Position numbers and translations under genes: made by a program | The notes under the pieces: generated by a model | What the model saw: only the letters and a program-made list of their open reading frames with translations | Told to the model about the DNA's origin: nothing | Databases searched by the model: none | Shown: one piece after another, positions 18,925 through 33,321 of the stretch | Layout: each line of letters opens with the position of its first letter | How positions within the stretch are numbered: the first letter of the stretch is position 1 | Assembly (NCBI RefSeq): GCF_028368995.1 | Contig: NZ_JAQNDL010000002.1 | Coordinates: 1-64,000, forward strand | Reading direction: 5' to 3' | DNA from: Nannocystis bainbridge | Lineage (GTDB): Bacteria > Myxococcota_A > Polyangia > Nannocystales > Nannocystaceae | DNA length: 64,000 bases

Positions 18925-21068
18925 CACTTCTCTCCGAGAGCGGCCGGCGAGCGGAAGGCCGGGGTGTGGACGATGGCGTCGATCAGCTCGCCGAGGGTGT
19001 GGTCCTCGACGGTCGCGGCGGTGGCGATCTCGTTGAGGTAGGCGGCGTCGAACAGGGCGAGCGGCCGACCGGCGGCGTAGGTGAACAGCTTGCGGGTGAG
19101 GCAGCCGACGAACACCTCGCTGTCGTTGAACAGGCCGGAGAGCTCGGCGGCGCCCTCGAAGGTGCGCCCGTCAGGCAGCTCGCCGAGGTTGTCGAGGTTG
19201 GGGTCGAAGACGGGCTGGGCGACGCCGTCGTACTCCTCGAGGCCGATGCCGAGGACGTCGAGCAGGGCGTGACAGCCGGCGCACGACGGATCGGAGCGGT
19301 GCTGCTCGAGCGCCTCGCGCACCGAGCCGGCGCCGCCGAGGTCGGGCGGCTCGAACACGAGGCCCGGAGGCGGCGGCGCGACCGGGGTGCACAGCAGCTT
19401 CTCGGACAGCCAGCGGCCGCGGCGGATCGGCGAGGAGTGCTCGGCGTCGGAGGTGGCGGTGAGCCAGGCGCCGAGCGAGAGCAGGCCGCCCCGCTCGCCC
19501 TCGCCGACGGGCACGCGCACGACCTCTGCGGAGCCGACCGGCGGGAGGCCGTAGTGGGTGGCCAGGCGATCGTTGCGGTAGGTGAAGTCGGGGTGGATGA
19601 TGGCGGCGACGGGCAAGCCGTTGGTGAAGAAATCGCCGAAGAACCGCTTGGACTCGGCGGTCATGGCGGCCCGCACGTCGTCGTCGAAGCCGGGGAACTT
19701 GTCGGGGCTGGGGCTGAAGCTCTGGAGGTGCCGCGTCGAAAGCCACTGCTCGGCGAAGCCGTCGAGCAGCGCGGCGGCGCGGGGGTCGTCGAGCATGAAG
19801 GCGACGGCCTCGGACAGGCCCTCGTCGGTGGCGAGCCGGCCCTCGGCGGCCATGGCGAACAGCCGGTCGTCGGGCATCGAGCTCCACAGGAAGTACGAGA
19901 GCCGGCTGGCGAGCACGTAGTCGTCGAGCCAGGCGCCCTCGTCGGCGTCCTCGGTGGTGCGGGCGCGGTAGAAGAACCGCGGCGAGAGCATGACGGCGCG
20001 CATGACCAGGCGCAGCGCCTCGTCGGCGGTCTCGCCCTGCTCGCGCAGGCGGGTGAACAGACCGACGAGCTCGGCCTCCTCGGCGGCGTCGAGCGGGCGC
20101 CGCCAGGCGCGGAAGGCGAACTGCTTGACGATCTGGGCGTAACAGTCGAGGTCGCCCTCGCCCTGCGGCGCGCACACGAACACGCGGTCGTGACCTGGCC
20201 CCGGGGCCAGGTCGAGCGAGCGCACGCCGAGCGTGGCGACGAAGATGTTGTTGAAGGTGTTCTCGGCCGGGAGGTTGACCCAGTTGGTCGGGATGACCTC
20301 GATGGTGTGCACGCCGGGCGCGAGCGAGATCGGCTGCACGTGCTCGGCGGGGATCGCCGGCGTGCCCTGGACCGCGAACACCGGCAGGCTGACGCCGTTG
20401 ACGCGCAGGCGCGCCTCGGCGGCGGGGGCCGGGCCGCCGAGGCCGGCGCCGGCGCGCAGGACGATCTGCGCCTCGGTGGCGGCGGGCACGTGGACCTGGA
20501 CGACGAGCACGTTGCCGGTGAGGGCCCACAAGTCGCCGATCGAGTAGCCGGGGGCCGGGACGGCCAGCTGTGCGCCGGTGAAGCTGGCGGCGAAGGCGGG
20601 GCGATCGGCGAGCGCGTCGGCGATGACGGTGCGCGCGGCGGCGTCGTAGGCGTCGAGCAGGGTGGCCGACATGTGAAGCTGGCCGGCCATGTTGTCGAAG
20701 CCGCTGGCCTCGGGATCGGGGCCGAAGGCGTCGGCCGGGCGCAGCGAGGTGCCCAGCAGGTCGCGCACGGTGTTGTTGTATTCGAGCCGGTTGAGCCGGT
20801 GCAGCGGCTGGGCCGGCTGCTCGGGGCCGTCGTCGCCGCCGGTGGTGTCGTCGGGGCCGCCGGTGCCGGGGCCGTCACTGGTGGCGGCGGCGGTGGCTTC
20901 GCTGCCGCCGCTGGTGCCCGCGGTGGCCTGGGCGGGGCCGTCGTCGCGGTAACAGCCGAGGGTCAGCAGGGCGCCGGTCAGGGCCCCGGCGACCAGGCGG
21001 CGTGAAGATGGGAGCCCCGGCGAACGAGCGCGCGCGGGCCGGGACAGCAGGTCGAGGGGTGCAGACAT
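18924..21068 (-). CDS. DUF1587/1595/1592/1588/1585 lipoprotein with CxxCH and a beta-sandwich insert
   Basis: Lipobox LTLGC; LHRLNRLEYNNTVRDLLG, RAWRRP, LASRLSYFLWSSMPD, SSPIRRG, CAGCH, LFTYAAGR. Confidence 0.9.
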   Translation of the reverse strand: MSAPLDLLSRPARARSPGLPSSRRLVAGALTGALLTLGCYRDDGPAQATAGTSGGSEATAAATSDGPGTGGPDDTTGGDDGPEQPAQPLHRLNRLEYNNTVRDLLGTSLRPADAFGPDPEASGFDNMAGQLHMSATLLDAYDAAARTVIADALADRPAFAASFTGAQLAVPAPGYSIGDLWALTGNVLVVQVHVPAATEAQIVLRAGAGLGGPAPAAEARLRVNGVSLPVFAVQGTPAIPAEHVQPISLAPGVHTIEVIPTNWVNLPAENTFNNIFVATLGVRSLDLAPGPGHDRVFVCAPQGEGDLDCYAQIVKQFAFRAWRRPLDAAEEAELVGLFTRLREQGETADEALRLVMRAVMLSPRFFYRARTTEDADEGAWLDDYVLASRLSYFLWSSMPDDRLFAMAAEGRLATDEGLSEAVAFMLDDPRAAALLDGFAEQWLSTRHLQSFSPSPDKFPGFDDDVRAAMTAESKRFFGDFFTNGLPVAAIIHPDFTYRNDRLATHYGLPPVGSAEVVRVPVGEGERGGLLSLGAWLTATSDAEHSSPIRRGRWLSEKLLCTPVAPPPPGLVFEPPDLGGAGSVREALEQHRSDPSCAGCHALLDVLGIGLEEYDGVAQPVFDPNLDNLGELPDGRTFEGAAELSGLFNDSEVFVGCLTRKLFTYAAGRPLALFDAAYLNEIATAATVEDHTLGELIDAIVHTPAFRSPAALGEK

Positions 21069-21185
21069 GGGCGGCGGCGAGGCGTGGGAGACGACCAAAC
21101 TCGACCATAGCCAGGCGCGCGACGGCTGAGAAGAGCGAATCGCGGTTCGCTCGATCGGCCGCACATGGAGGTCCGCGGGTGCGGG

Positions 21186-21320
21186 CGACCTGCGATCTGC
21201 GGGGTCACGCGCGCGGCGACGCGGGCCGAGGCGCGCACGACCTTCGATCTGCGGGGTCACGCGCGCGGCGACGCGGGCCCGAGCGCGATGTGCATCACAC
21301 ACATGTCCCGAGAGACAGGT
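21186..21320. repeat. Tandem duplication (period 52 bp) followed by a 14-bp palindrome copy
   Basis: CGACCTKCGATCTGCGGGGTCACGCGCGCGGCGACGCGGGCC at 21186 and 21238; TGTCCCGAGAGACA at 21304. Confidence 0.8.
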
Positions 21321-21338
21321 GTCGAGAATGCGCCCCGC

Positions 21339-25781
<4,443 letters not shown>

Positions 25782-25954
25782 GGGCCGCGCAGGCGCGGCG
25801 CGGAGAATTGTCCAGGGCGGCGGCAAGGACCCGAGAGCGCGCGGCAGGGGCCCGCGCCGCCGAACAGGGCCGCCCCGCGCGCGCCAGGCTCGACGGGGCG
25901 CGAGCGAGGCGGGCTCGGCTTGATGCCAGCACGGGCCCGCGCGGTCGGCAGTGA

Positions 25955-26262
25955 TATGGCTCTCGGGACAGGTTCTAAAATAGCAGCGATGGAGATGTCC
26001 CTGGGGACAGGCTATGCGAGGATGGTTCTCACGGTGGCGAGAACGCGGCGGCCGGCAGCGACATGTCCTGCGGGACAGGTGATGTGAAGATGACTCTCAC
26101 GGTGGCGAGATCGCAGCGGCCGGCAGCGACATGTCCTGCGAGACAGGCGATGTGAGGATGGCTTTTACGGGCGCGAGCTCGCGGTTACATGTCCATTGGG
26201 ACAGGCGGTGCGAGGATGGAGCGGTCGCTAGAACGGCAACGACATGGCCTCGTGGACAGGCG
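25955..26262. repeat. Higher-order tandem repeat (units about 55-68 bp), each with one 14-bp palindrome
   Basis: ATGTCC-N4-RGACAGG-like units centred at 25994, 26062, 26130, 26188, 26243 (also 25955); the first four are followed by GARGATG. Confidence 0.85.
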
Positions 26263-26398
26263 ACAGGAATGCCGGACCTCCGGCAGCTCGCGGGCTCACG
26301 GCCCGACACCAGGGGACGGTGGCTCGCTCCCATCCTCGACCCGCCGAAGCGTTCGCCGTGGCCTTGCGGATTCCGCGTCGTTTGCGGACAATCTCACC

Positions 26399-27292
26399 GT
26401 GTTTCGCCACCTCTTCGTCGCTTTGGTCGCGCTCTCCGTCGTCGCTTGCGCGGACAATTCCGATCCGCTCGGCAACGTCACGGCCAGCGGTCAGAATCCG
26501 GTCACCGGGCCGCAACCGTCGGGCGGCGGCTCCGGGAATCCGTCCACCGACGATCCCGAGCCCACGGGCGGCGTCACCAGCAGCAGCGGCAGCGAGACCG
26601 ATAGCACCTCCGAGACCTCCGGCACCGGCGGCGGTGAGCCGACCCGCGCCGTCTGCGACGATTATCTCGCGTGCCTTGCCGTGACCCAGCCGGCGAACCT
26701 CCCGGCGGCGCAGATGGGCTTCGGCCCCGACGGCACGTGCTGGGAGGGATCGCAGGAGATGATCGATCAATGCCTCGAGGCCTGCGCGGCCGGCCTGGCC
26801 AGCGGCCACGAGGCCTTCCCGGACCAGCCGAAGTGTTATCCGTGCCAGGAGCACAGCGACTGCCCGGCCGGCGAGCGCTGCGGCGCGCACAAGTGCGGCG
26901 TTCCGGCCTGCGGCGACAGCGTCGTCGACGACGACGAGGTCTGCGACTGGGGCTCGGACAGCTGGTGCTCCGAGAGCTGCCAGGACGGGGACATCAACTG
27001 CAATCCGTTCTCGCACCACGGTTGCCCTGCAGGCATGATCTGCGATCCGGGTGGGGACTTGAACCTCTGCTTCGAGCCGTTCGGGCCGATGGTCGGCGAC
27101 GGCGACATCTGCGACGGCGCCACCTGCGGCCCCGGGCTGGCCTGCGTGCCGGCCAGCTGGACCCAGGGCTGCTCCGGCGCCAACTGCTGCGTCCCCCTCT
27201 GCAACCTCAAGCTGCCCGACGAGTGCACGAACGGCCGCGTCTGCGTCGCCAGCCTCGAATCGACCGAGGTCGGCGCCTGCGAGCTGCCCTGA
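26399..27292 (+). CDS. Cys-rich lipoprotein with Ser/Thr linker
   Basis: GTG start, lipobox SVVAC, CGDSVVDDDEVCD myxobacterial repeat, many cysteines. Confidence 0.8.
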   Translation: MFRHLFVALVALSVVACADNSDPLGNVTASGQNPVTGPQPSGGGSGNPSTDDPEPTGGVTSSSGSETDSTSETSGTGGGEPTRAVCDDYLACLAVTQPANLPAAQMGFGPDGTCWEGSQEMIDQCLEACAAGLASGHEAFPDQPKCYPCQEHSDCPAGERCGAHKCGVPACGDSVVDDDEVCDWGSDSWCSESCQDGDINCNPFSHHGCPAGMICDPGGDLNLCFEPFGPMVGDGDICDGATCGPGLACVPASWTQGCSGANCCVPLCNLKLPDECTNGRVCVASLESTEVGACELP

Positions 27293-27535
27293 TTCGCGGC
27301 GACGTCGTCGCCCCCCCGGGAGAGCGACGCGATCGTCCGGGAGCGACACCGACGACTCCGTCGCGGTCAGCGGTGCCCGCGGATTCAACCCGTGGGCTCG
27401 CGCTCCGCGACCCGCCGCGCGGCTGACAATCCTCTCGAGGAAATGTCCTCACGGAGTGCGCGCTGCGAGGCGTCGAATGGACGATCGACGCCGGCATGTT
27501 CGCCGCGGCTCGAGCTCGCGCCGAGGTGCGGGAGT

Positions 27536-27640
27536 GACATGGTCTTCGGGACAGGCCGCGATCGGCGGCGCGCGGAGGCGTCCTGTCCTCGAGGCAAGAG
27601 CATCTTCAAGAGAGAGAAGATGTCCTCGGGGACATGTCGC
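27536..27640. repeat. 14-bp palindrome copies
   Basis: TGGTCTTCGGGACA at 27540; TGTCCTCGGGGACATGTC at 27621. Confidence 0.7.
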
Positions 27641-27710
27641 GGCGCGGCCTGCGGTCCGCGGGTGGGGGTGGGCGGCGACTCGTTGACAGGCCCGTGAGCC
27701 CGCGGAAACA

Positions 27711-29663
27711 ATGTTCGTCATGGCGGCGAAGCGAGGGCGAGGGAGCTGGGTGCTGGGGCTCGGGCTGGCGGCGTGTGGCGGCGATCCAGCAGCGACGACG
27801 GACGGGTCGACGACCGGGGAGTCGACGAGCGAGGCTTCGACGACGAGCACGAGCGGTGACGAGTCGACGACCGACGTGACGCCGACGACCGGGACCTCGC
27901 CTTCGACCGCGACCGAGACCGGCACGACGACGGGCACGACGGACGCGACGGCGACGACGGACGACCCCACGGGCGAGACCTCGACCACCGGCGAGCCCGG
28001 CCCCGAGCTCGGGCCGCCGGTGCTGCGGATCAACGTCGGTGGCCCGGCGGTCGGCGAGTTCCTGGCCGACGACGGCGACGACTCGCCGTACCGCTTCAGC
28101 CCCGACACCCAGATCTTCGCCGCCGACGCGGTGGTCGCCGGGCCGAGCGTGCCGGCCGACGTGCCGCTCGAGGTGCTCGCCACCGGGCGGATCGAGCCGC
28201 CGGAGCTGATGGGCGGGACCGGTCAGCTCCGCTACTCCTTGCCGGTCGAGCCGGGGCCGTACCAGCTACGGCTGCATTTCTCGGGGCCGTCGCAGGGCGG
28301 CGGGACGCGGCTCGTGCAGCCGTGGATCGACGGGGTGATGGTCGGTGAGCCGATCGACGTGTCGGCGCTGACGGCCGGCGATACCAGCGGGTCGGTGATC
28401 CTTGCGATCGACGCCGACGACTGGCTCGACGTCGAGCTGGTGCGGGTCCCGGGCAGCGAGATGCCGCTGCTCTCGGCGCTCGAGCTGTTCGGCGACGGCG
28501 GGCTGCGCGACGGGCCGGCGGGCGCGGTCCGCCACGTCACGCCGGCGGGCGGCGGCAGCGGCGACAGCCTCGACGACGCGGCCGGGCTCGGGCAACTGCC
28601 GGCGCTGATCGCCGCGTCGTCGCCGGGCGACGAGGTGTGGATCCACGCCGGCGACTACGAGGTCGGCGGCGAGCTGTTCATCACCAGCGGCGGCACGGCG
28701 GAGGCGCCGATCGTGATCCGCGGGGTCGGGGCCGACTGGCACTCGCCGGGGCGGCCGCGGCTGGTAGGCACGCGGGCGAACCCGTGGACGGCCGAGGGCG
28801 CGGTCGGCGGGACCGTGTTTCGCCTGACGGCCGGGGCCGACCACCTGCAGTTCGTCAACCTCGGGTTCGCCGATCAGGGCAACGGCTGCTGGCGGGTGGC
28901 CGAGCCGATCGCGGGGCTGCGGCTCGACAACATCGTCGCCACCAACGTCCACCGCCTGCTCGAGAATTTCGCCGGCGGCGGCCAGACCGACGCGACGATC
29001 ACCGGCCTGGTGATGAAAGACGTGTCGGTCCGCGGCTACGCCCGCGCGGTGACGCGGCTGCAGTACGAGTCGAACGAGCTGCTGCTCGAGGACGTGTTCG
29101 GCGACTCGGAGGCGCAGCCGTTCGAGTCGTTCTCGACCGGGGTGACGCTGTACCAGTCGGCCCACCACGCGACGCTGCGGCGGGCGGTGATGCTGAACCA
29201 CCACCACCTGGGCGGCGACGGCTACTGGAACGCCGATGGCTTCTCGACCGAGCGGGAGAACCACGCGATCCGGTTCGAGGACACGTTCGCGGCCGGCAAC
29301 ACCGACGGCGGCTACGACCTCAAGTCGTCCGACACGACGCTGCTGCGCGCGGTCGCGGCCGACAACAAGCGCAACTTCCGGCTGTGGGGCCAGATCGCCA
29401 TGAACCAGTGCGTCGGCCTCGACCCTCACAAGCGCGGCGGCTCGGGCACGCAGGCCCAGGTCCACGGCAACCCGCAGGGCGAGTTCACGGTCACCGACTC
29501 TCGCTTCGTCGACGCCGACCCCGACACCATCGTGTTCGACCTCGACGAGGACACGGTCGGCACGGTCGCAGGCGGCTGCGTCGAGCACCACCCGGACGCG
29601 ACCTACCAGACGGTCGAGCCGGCGGCCAGCCTGATGGTCGAGGGCGTGGCCGACGGCTGCTGA
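27711..29663 (+). CDS. Lipoprotein with malectin-like domain and right-handed beta-helix (pectin-lyase-like) domain
   Basis: Lipobox GLAAC; Thr-rich linker; LRINVGG..YSLPVEPGPYQLRLHF..PLLSALE; PGDEVWIHAGDY, GTAEAPIVIRG, NADGF, GNTDGGYDLK. Confidence 0.75.
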   Translation: MFVMAAKRGRGSWVLGLGLAACGGDPAATTDGSTTGESTSEASTTSTSGDESTTDVTPTTGTSPSTATETGTTTGTTDATATTDDPTGETSTTGEPGPELGPPVLRINVGGPAVGEFLADDGDDSPYRFSPDTQIFAADAVVAGPSVPADVPLEVLATGRIEPPELMGGTGQLRYSLPVEPGPYQLRLHFSGPSQGGGTRLVQPWIDGVMVGEPIDVSALTAGDTSGSVILAIDADDWLDVELVRVPGSEMPLLSALELFGDGGLRDGPAGAVRHVTPAGGGSGDSLDDAAGLGQLPALIAASSPGDEVWIHAGDYEVGGELFITSGGTAEAPIVIRGVGADWHSPGRPRLVGTRANPWTAEGAVGGTVFRLTAGADHLQFVNLGFADQGNGCWRVAEPIAGLRLDNIVATNVHRLLENFAGGGQTDATITGLVMKDVSVRGYARAVTRLQYESNELLLEDVFGDSEAQPFESFSTGVTLYQSAHHATLRRAVMLNHHHLGGDGYWNADGFSTERENHAIRFEDTFAAGNTDGGYDLKSSDTTLLRAVAADNKRNFRLWGQIAMNQCVGLDPHKRGGSGTQAQVHGNPQGEFTVTDSRFVDADPDTIVFDLDEDTVGTVAGGCVEHHPDATYQTVEPAASLMVEGVADGC

Positions 29664-29675
29664 GGGCGGGTCTTC

Positions 29676-29755
29676 GGGGCATGTCCGCATGGACATGCTC
29701 TCGAGGACATGCTCTCCGGGGCATGGCCTCGGGGACATGCCCGGAAGGACAGGCG
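29676..29755. repeat. Phased 14-bp palindrome array filling a convergent intergenic gap
   Basis: Centres at 29680, 29694, 29708, 29722, 29736, 29750. Confidence 0.9.
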
Positions 29756-29757
29756 GG

Positions 29758-30306
29758 TCAGACCTCGACGATGCGGCCCTGGACCGGGGCGAAGCAGCGG
29801 ACCTTGAGGGCGTCGGCCTCGGCCTTCTGCCCGTCGGCCAGCGGGGCCTCAGAGATCAGCCACACCTGGCCGTCGGGGAACGAGGCGTCGGTGAGGCGCT
29901 TGCGGGCGTCGCCGGCGAGGGCGGCGAGCTGGTGGTCGGTGAGCTCGGCCCCGCGGGCGGCGCACAGGATGGCCAGCGCCGGGGCGGTGCGATCGAGGCG
30001 GCGGCCGATCGCGAACGAGGCGATGCTGAGGCCGCCGAGCGTGTAGCCGGCGATGGCCCGCACCGAAGCGGCCTGCGAGACCGGACCCTCGGCCTTGGCC
30101 GGGCGCGCGCCGGCCATCAGCGCCATCGCGGCGGCGAACAGGCCGGCCATGCCGCCGAACTTGAGGCCGAGCGCGGCGCGGCGCGGCACCCGGCCGCGCA
30201 CCTCGTCGACGGCGGGCGCGACGGGCTTCGGTTCACCCTCGACGCGCACGCCCGCCTGGGAATAGAGCCACGGTACGCAACGGTCGCCGGAGAAGGACTT
30301 GGACAT
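29758..30306 (-). CDS. Hypothetical membrane protein
   Basis: Two hydrophobic segments and GC3 bias; start uncertain. Confidence 0.5.
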   Translation of the reverse strand: MSKSFSGDRCVPWLYSQAGVRVEGEPKPVAPAVDEVRGRVPRRAALGLKFGGMAGLFAAAMALMAGARPAKAEGPVSQAASVRAIAGYTLGGLSIASFAIGRRLDRTAPALAILCAARGAELTDHQLAALAGDARKRLTDASFPDGQVWLISEAPLADGQKAEADALKVRCFAPVQGRIVEV

Positions 30307-30413
30307 GCCGTCAGGTCTAGCAGGTCGAAGCCGGCGGCTGACCTTTCATGTGTGAAACGACGGCGAGGCGAGCGGTCGATCACGGTCGCCGGCGAGCCCG
30401 ACCGTACGTCGCT

Positions 30414-31550
30414 TCAGCGGCGGGCCAGCGCGTGTTCGAGGCTCTGATAGCAGCGCACCTCGGACAGGTCGACGCCGGCGTCGACGATCGTGCGGGCCAG
30501 CGGCGGGCGCACCCCGCTGAGCGCGGCGGCGACGCCCTGGAGCCTGAGCACGCGGACGATCCGCAGCACCCCGGCGGCGGCCTCGGCGTCGTCGACGGCG
30601 GCGCCGGTGAGGTCGACGACGACGCGCTCGACGCGGGCGCGGTCGGTGTGAGCGAGCAGGGCGGCGAGGGCCGCCTCGACGCGCTCGCGGTCGAGGACGC
30701 CGATCAGCGGCAGGGCCAGCACGCCGGCGCCGATGCGGATGACCGGCGCGGCGAGTCGCAGCAGCGCGTCGGCCTGGTCGGCGATCTGCTGGCGGTTGCG
30801 CTCGATCTCCGCGAGGTGGGCCCGGCGCTCGGTGATGTCGCTCTGGGTCACGAGCAGCGCCGGCGCGCCGCTGACCGGATCGAGGCTGCGGCGGACCGCG
30901 GTGTCGAACCAGCGCTCGCCGGTGGTCGTGCGCACGGCGGCGTCGAGGCGCGCGGCGCCGGTCGTCAGGCGGGCGCGCAGCTCGGCGGCCAGGCCCGGGT
31001 CGACGAAGCCGGCCGCGAAGGCGTCGCCGGGCCCGGGCTCGCCGAGCGCGGCGGCGGCGGCCGGGTTGCGCATCAGCACCTCGCCGGCCTCGCTGTAGAG
31101 CGACACGAGCTCGCCGAGGTAGCGCAGGGCCTCGATGCCGCGCCGATCTTGCAGCTCGGCCTCGTGCTCGCCGAGCACGCGGGCCTCGATCAGCATGCCG
31201 AAGCGGGACGCTTCGCCGCGGCGGTCGGCGATCCGCACGCCCTGCTGGCGGCACTCGGCGACGAACGGTTTGGCGTGATCGGGGTAGAGGGTCCAGCGAT
31301 CGACGGCCCGCTCGCCGCGCTCGAGCCGGCGCTGTAGTTGTTCGAGGCGCAGCCGCGAGGTCGGCGAGGGGCCCGGGCCGGCGGCGCTGGCCGCCAGCAG
31401 CTGCTCGCGGTCGGTCGCGCCCCACATCGGCAAGCAGGCGAGGTTGGCCCACCACTGGTGCCCGCGCTCGAAGTCGACGATCCACACCGGCGTGCTGAGC
31501 ACGTCGAACGCCGCCAGGTCCTCGGGGTGGTAGACGGAGTCGGTGGCCAT
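30414..31550 (-). CDS. PAS-like plus STAS domain protein (RsbR-like)
   Basis: PVWIVD..WWANLA; C-terminal LAAPVIRIGAGVLALPLIGVLD...VVVDLTG...LSGVRPPLARTIV. Confidence 0.9.
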   Translation of the reverse strand: MATDSVYHPEDLAAFDVLSTPVWIVDFERGHQWWANLACLPMWGATDREQLLAASAAGPGPSPTSRLRLEQLQRRLERGERAVDRWTLYPDHAKPFVAECRQQGVRIADRRGEASRFGMLIEARVLGEHEAELQDRRGIEALRYLGELVSLYSEAGEVLMRNPAAAAALGEPGPGDAFAAGFVDPGLAAELRARLTTGAARLDAAVRTTTGERWFDTAVRRSLDPVSGAPALLVTQSDITERRAHLAEIERNRQQIADQADALLRLAAPVIRIGAGVLALPLIGVLDRERVEAALAALLAHTDRARVERVVVDLTGAAVDDAEAAAGVLRIVRVLRLQGVAAALSGVRPPLARTIVDAGVDLSEVRCYQSLEHALARR

Positions 31551-31699
31551 GCGGCGGTGTGCGTGCAGGCTAGCGCGTCTGCGACCTGTGCGTGCGGTCT
31601 GCCAGGGCGTACCGGGCATGCGCGAACCCGGGCACGCGCTGGGGCCAAAAGGCGGGGTGGTCGACGCGGGCCGGCGGGGTCGCATGATAGGCTGGCGGA

Positions 31700-33169
31700 A
31701 TGCGCAGACGTCGGCTCCTCGCAATCGTGTCGGCGGTGAGCGTCCTCGGTTGCGGCGACCCGGGGGCGACGAGCGACGCGGGCACGGCGAGCACGACGAC
31801 GGACGCCTCCGGCACGAGCGAGGCGACCGCGGCGACGACCACCACCGACGCGGCGCCGACGACGGGCGAGCCGACCACGACCACCGGCGGCGAGGTCGAC
31901 ATCCGCGAGCAGTTGGCGGCGCTCGACGGCATGACGGTCGACGAGCTGCCGACGTCGGCCGTTGGCTATCGCCTGTTCGCGCTGCGCTTCCGCCAGCCCG
32001 CCGATCACGAGGTCGAGGGCGGGCCGAGCTTCGAGCAGCACATGACCCTGCTGCACCGCGACGTCGCCGCGCCGCTGGTGATCGTCACCGCCGGTTACAC
32101 CATCAAGACCACGACGGCGGCCCTCGGCGAGCCTGCGCTGCTGGTCGCGGCCAATCAGCTGACCGTGGAGCACCGGTTCTTCGCCGGTTCGCGGCCGAGC
32201 GCGCCCGACTGGGACGACCTCGACATCCGCCAGGCCGCCACCGATCACCACCGGATCGCCGCCGCCCTGCACCCGCTGTATTCGGGCCGCTGGCTGGCGA
32301 CCGGGGCGAGCAAGGGCGGGCTGGCGGCGCTTTATTTCCGCCGGTTCTTCCCGGACGACGTCGACGGCACGATCGCCTACGTGGCGCCCTACAGCCTCGA
32401 GGAGTCGGACGGCCGCTACGAGGCGCGGATCGCCACTCTCGGCGACGAGGCCTGTCGCCAGGCCTTGCGCGACGTGCAGCGCGAGGTGTTGCTGCGCCGG
32501 CCGGCGATGCTGGCCCGCATGGCCGAGTCATCGGCGTCGTTCGAACTGTTCGGCGCCGACGAGGTGCTCGAGACGGCCGTGCTCGATCTGCCGTTCGGGT
32601 TCTGGCAGTACCAGCGGGCGAGCCTGTGCGACGCGGTGCCGGGCCCGGCGGCCGACGACGACGCCATCTGGGCGTTCTTGCAGAAAGTCAGCGCGCCGAG
32701 CTCGGACCCCGACCTGCTGCGCTACGAGCCGTATTACTGGCAGGCGGCGACGCAGCTCGGCGGGGTCGCCTGCGACGAATCGTGGGTGGCCGACCTCTTG
32801 CTGTTCCCGGGCTTCAACGTGCCCCGCAATTTCATCGTGCCCGGGCCCGGCAAGACCCCGGCGCCCTTCGACCCGGAGCCCTCGCAGGACGTCGCCGACT
32901 GGCTGGCGACCGAGGGCGAGCGGGTGCTGCTGATCTACGGGGAGAACGATCCGTGGTCGGCCGGCGCGTTCGAGCTCGGCGACGCCAGCGATTCGTATGT
33001 GTTCCACGCGCCGGGCGAGAACCATGGGGCGCTGATCGGCGACCTGGCCGAGGCCGACCGGGCCCAGGCGATCGCGGCGCTGGAGGCGTGGGCGGGCACG
33101 CGGGCGGGTAGCGACAGGCTGGTGCGGCCACGGCCGATGCGCGAGACACTGCGGCAGTTCGGCTGGTGA
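31700..33169 (+). CDS. Serine peptidase lipoprotein, S28/S37 (tripeptidyl aminopeptidase-like)
   Basis: Lipobox VLGC; FRQPADH, VEHRFF, QAATDHH, TGASKGG, YGENDPW, NHG. Confidence 0.9.
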   Translation: MRRRRLLAIVSAVSVLGCGDPGATSDAGTASTTTDASGTSEATAATTTTDAAPTTGEPTTTTGGEVDIREQLAALDGMTVDELPTSAVGYRLFALRFRQPADHEVEGGPSFEQHMTLLHRDVAAPLVIVTAGYTIKTTTAALGEPALLVAANQLTVEHRFFAGSRPSAPDWDDLDIRQAATDHHRIAAALHPLYSGRWLATGASKGGLAALYFRRFFPDDVDGTIAYVAPYSLEESDGRYEARIATLGDEACRQALRDVQREVLLRRPAMLARMAESSASFELFGADEVLETAVLDLPFGFWQYQRASLCDAVPGPAADDDAIWAFLQKVSAPSSDPDLLRYEPYYWQAATQLGGVACDESWVADLLLFPGFNVPRNFIVPGPGKTPAPFDPEPSQDVADWLATEGERVLLIYGENDPWSAGAFELGDASDSYVFHAPGENHGALIGDLAEADRAQAIAALEAWAGTRAGSDRLVRPRPMRETLRQFGW

Positions 33170-33245
33170 GCGCGTCGCGGCGAAGCTCGGCAATGGCGGC
33201 GCGAATCGGGGCAGTCGGAGCGATGATTCGGGTGCCTTGACCGTG

Positions 33246-33296
33246 AAAAAAGCCAGGCGCGAATCATGGCACCAGTGGTGTCATGATTCGCGCCTG
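33246..33296 (-). terminator. Intrinsic terminator for the minus-strand gene ending at 33322
   Basis: About 20-bp stem CAGGCGCGAATCATGGCACC/GGTGTCATGATTCGCGCCTG preceded by A6 on + (U-tract on -). Confidence 0.8.
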
Positions 33297-33321
33297 CAGC
33301 CCAAGAGCGCTGCTCGAGCGA

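Noticed and set aside
25955-26262. CRISPR array (period about 68 bp, hairpin repeat)
   Set aside because: Spacers are similar to each other, repeats are degenerate, periods are unequal, and there are no cas genes or leader.
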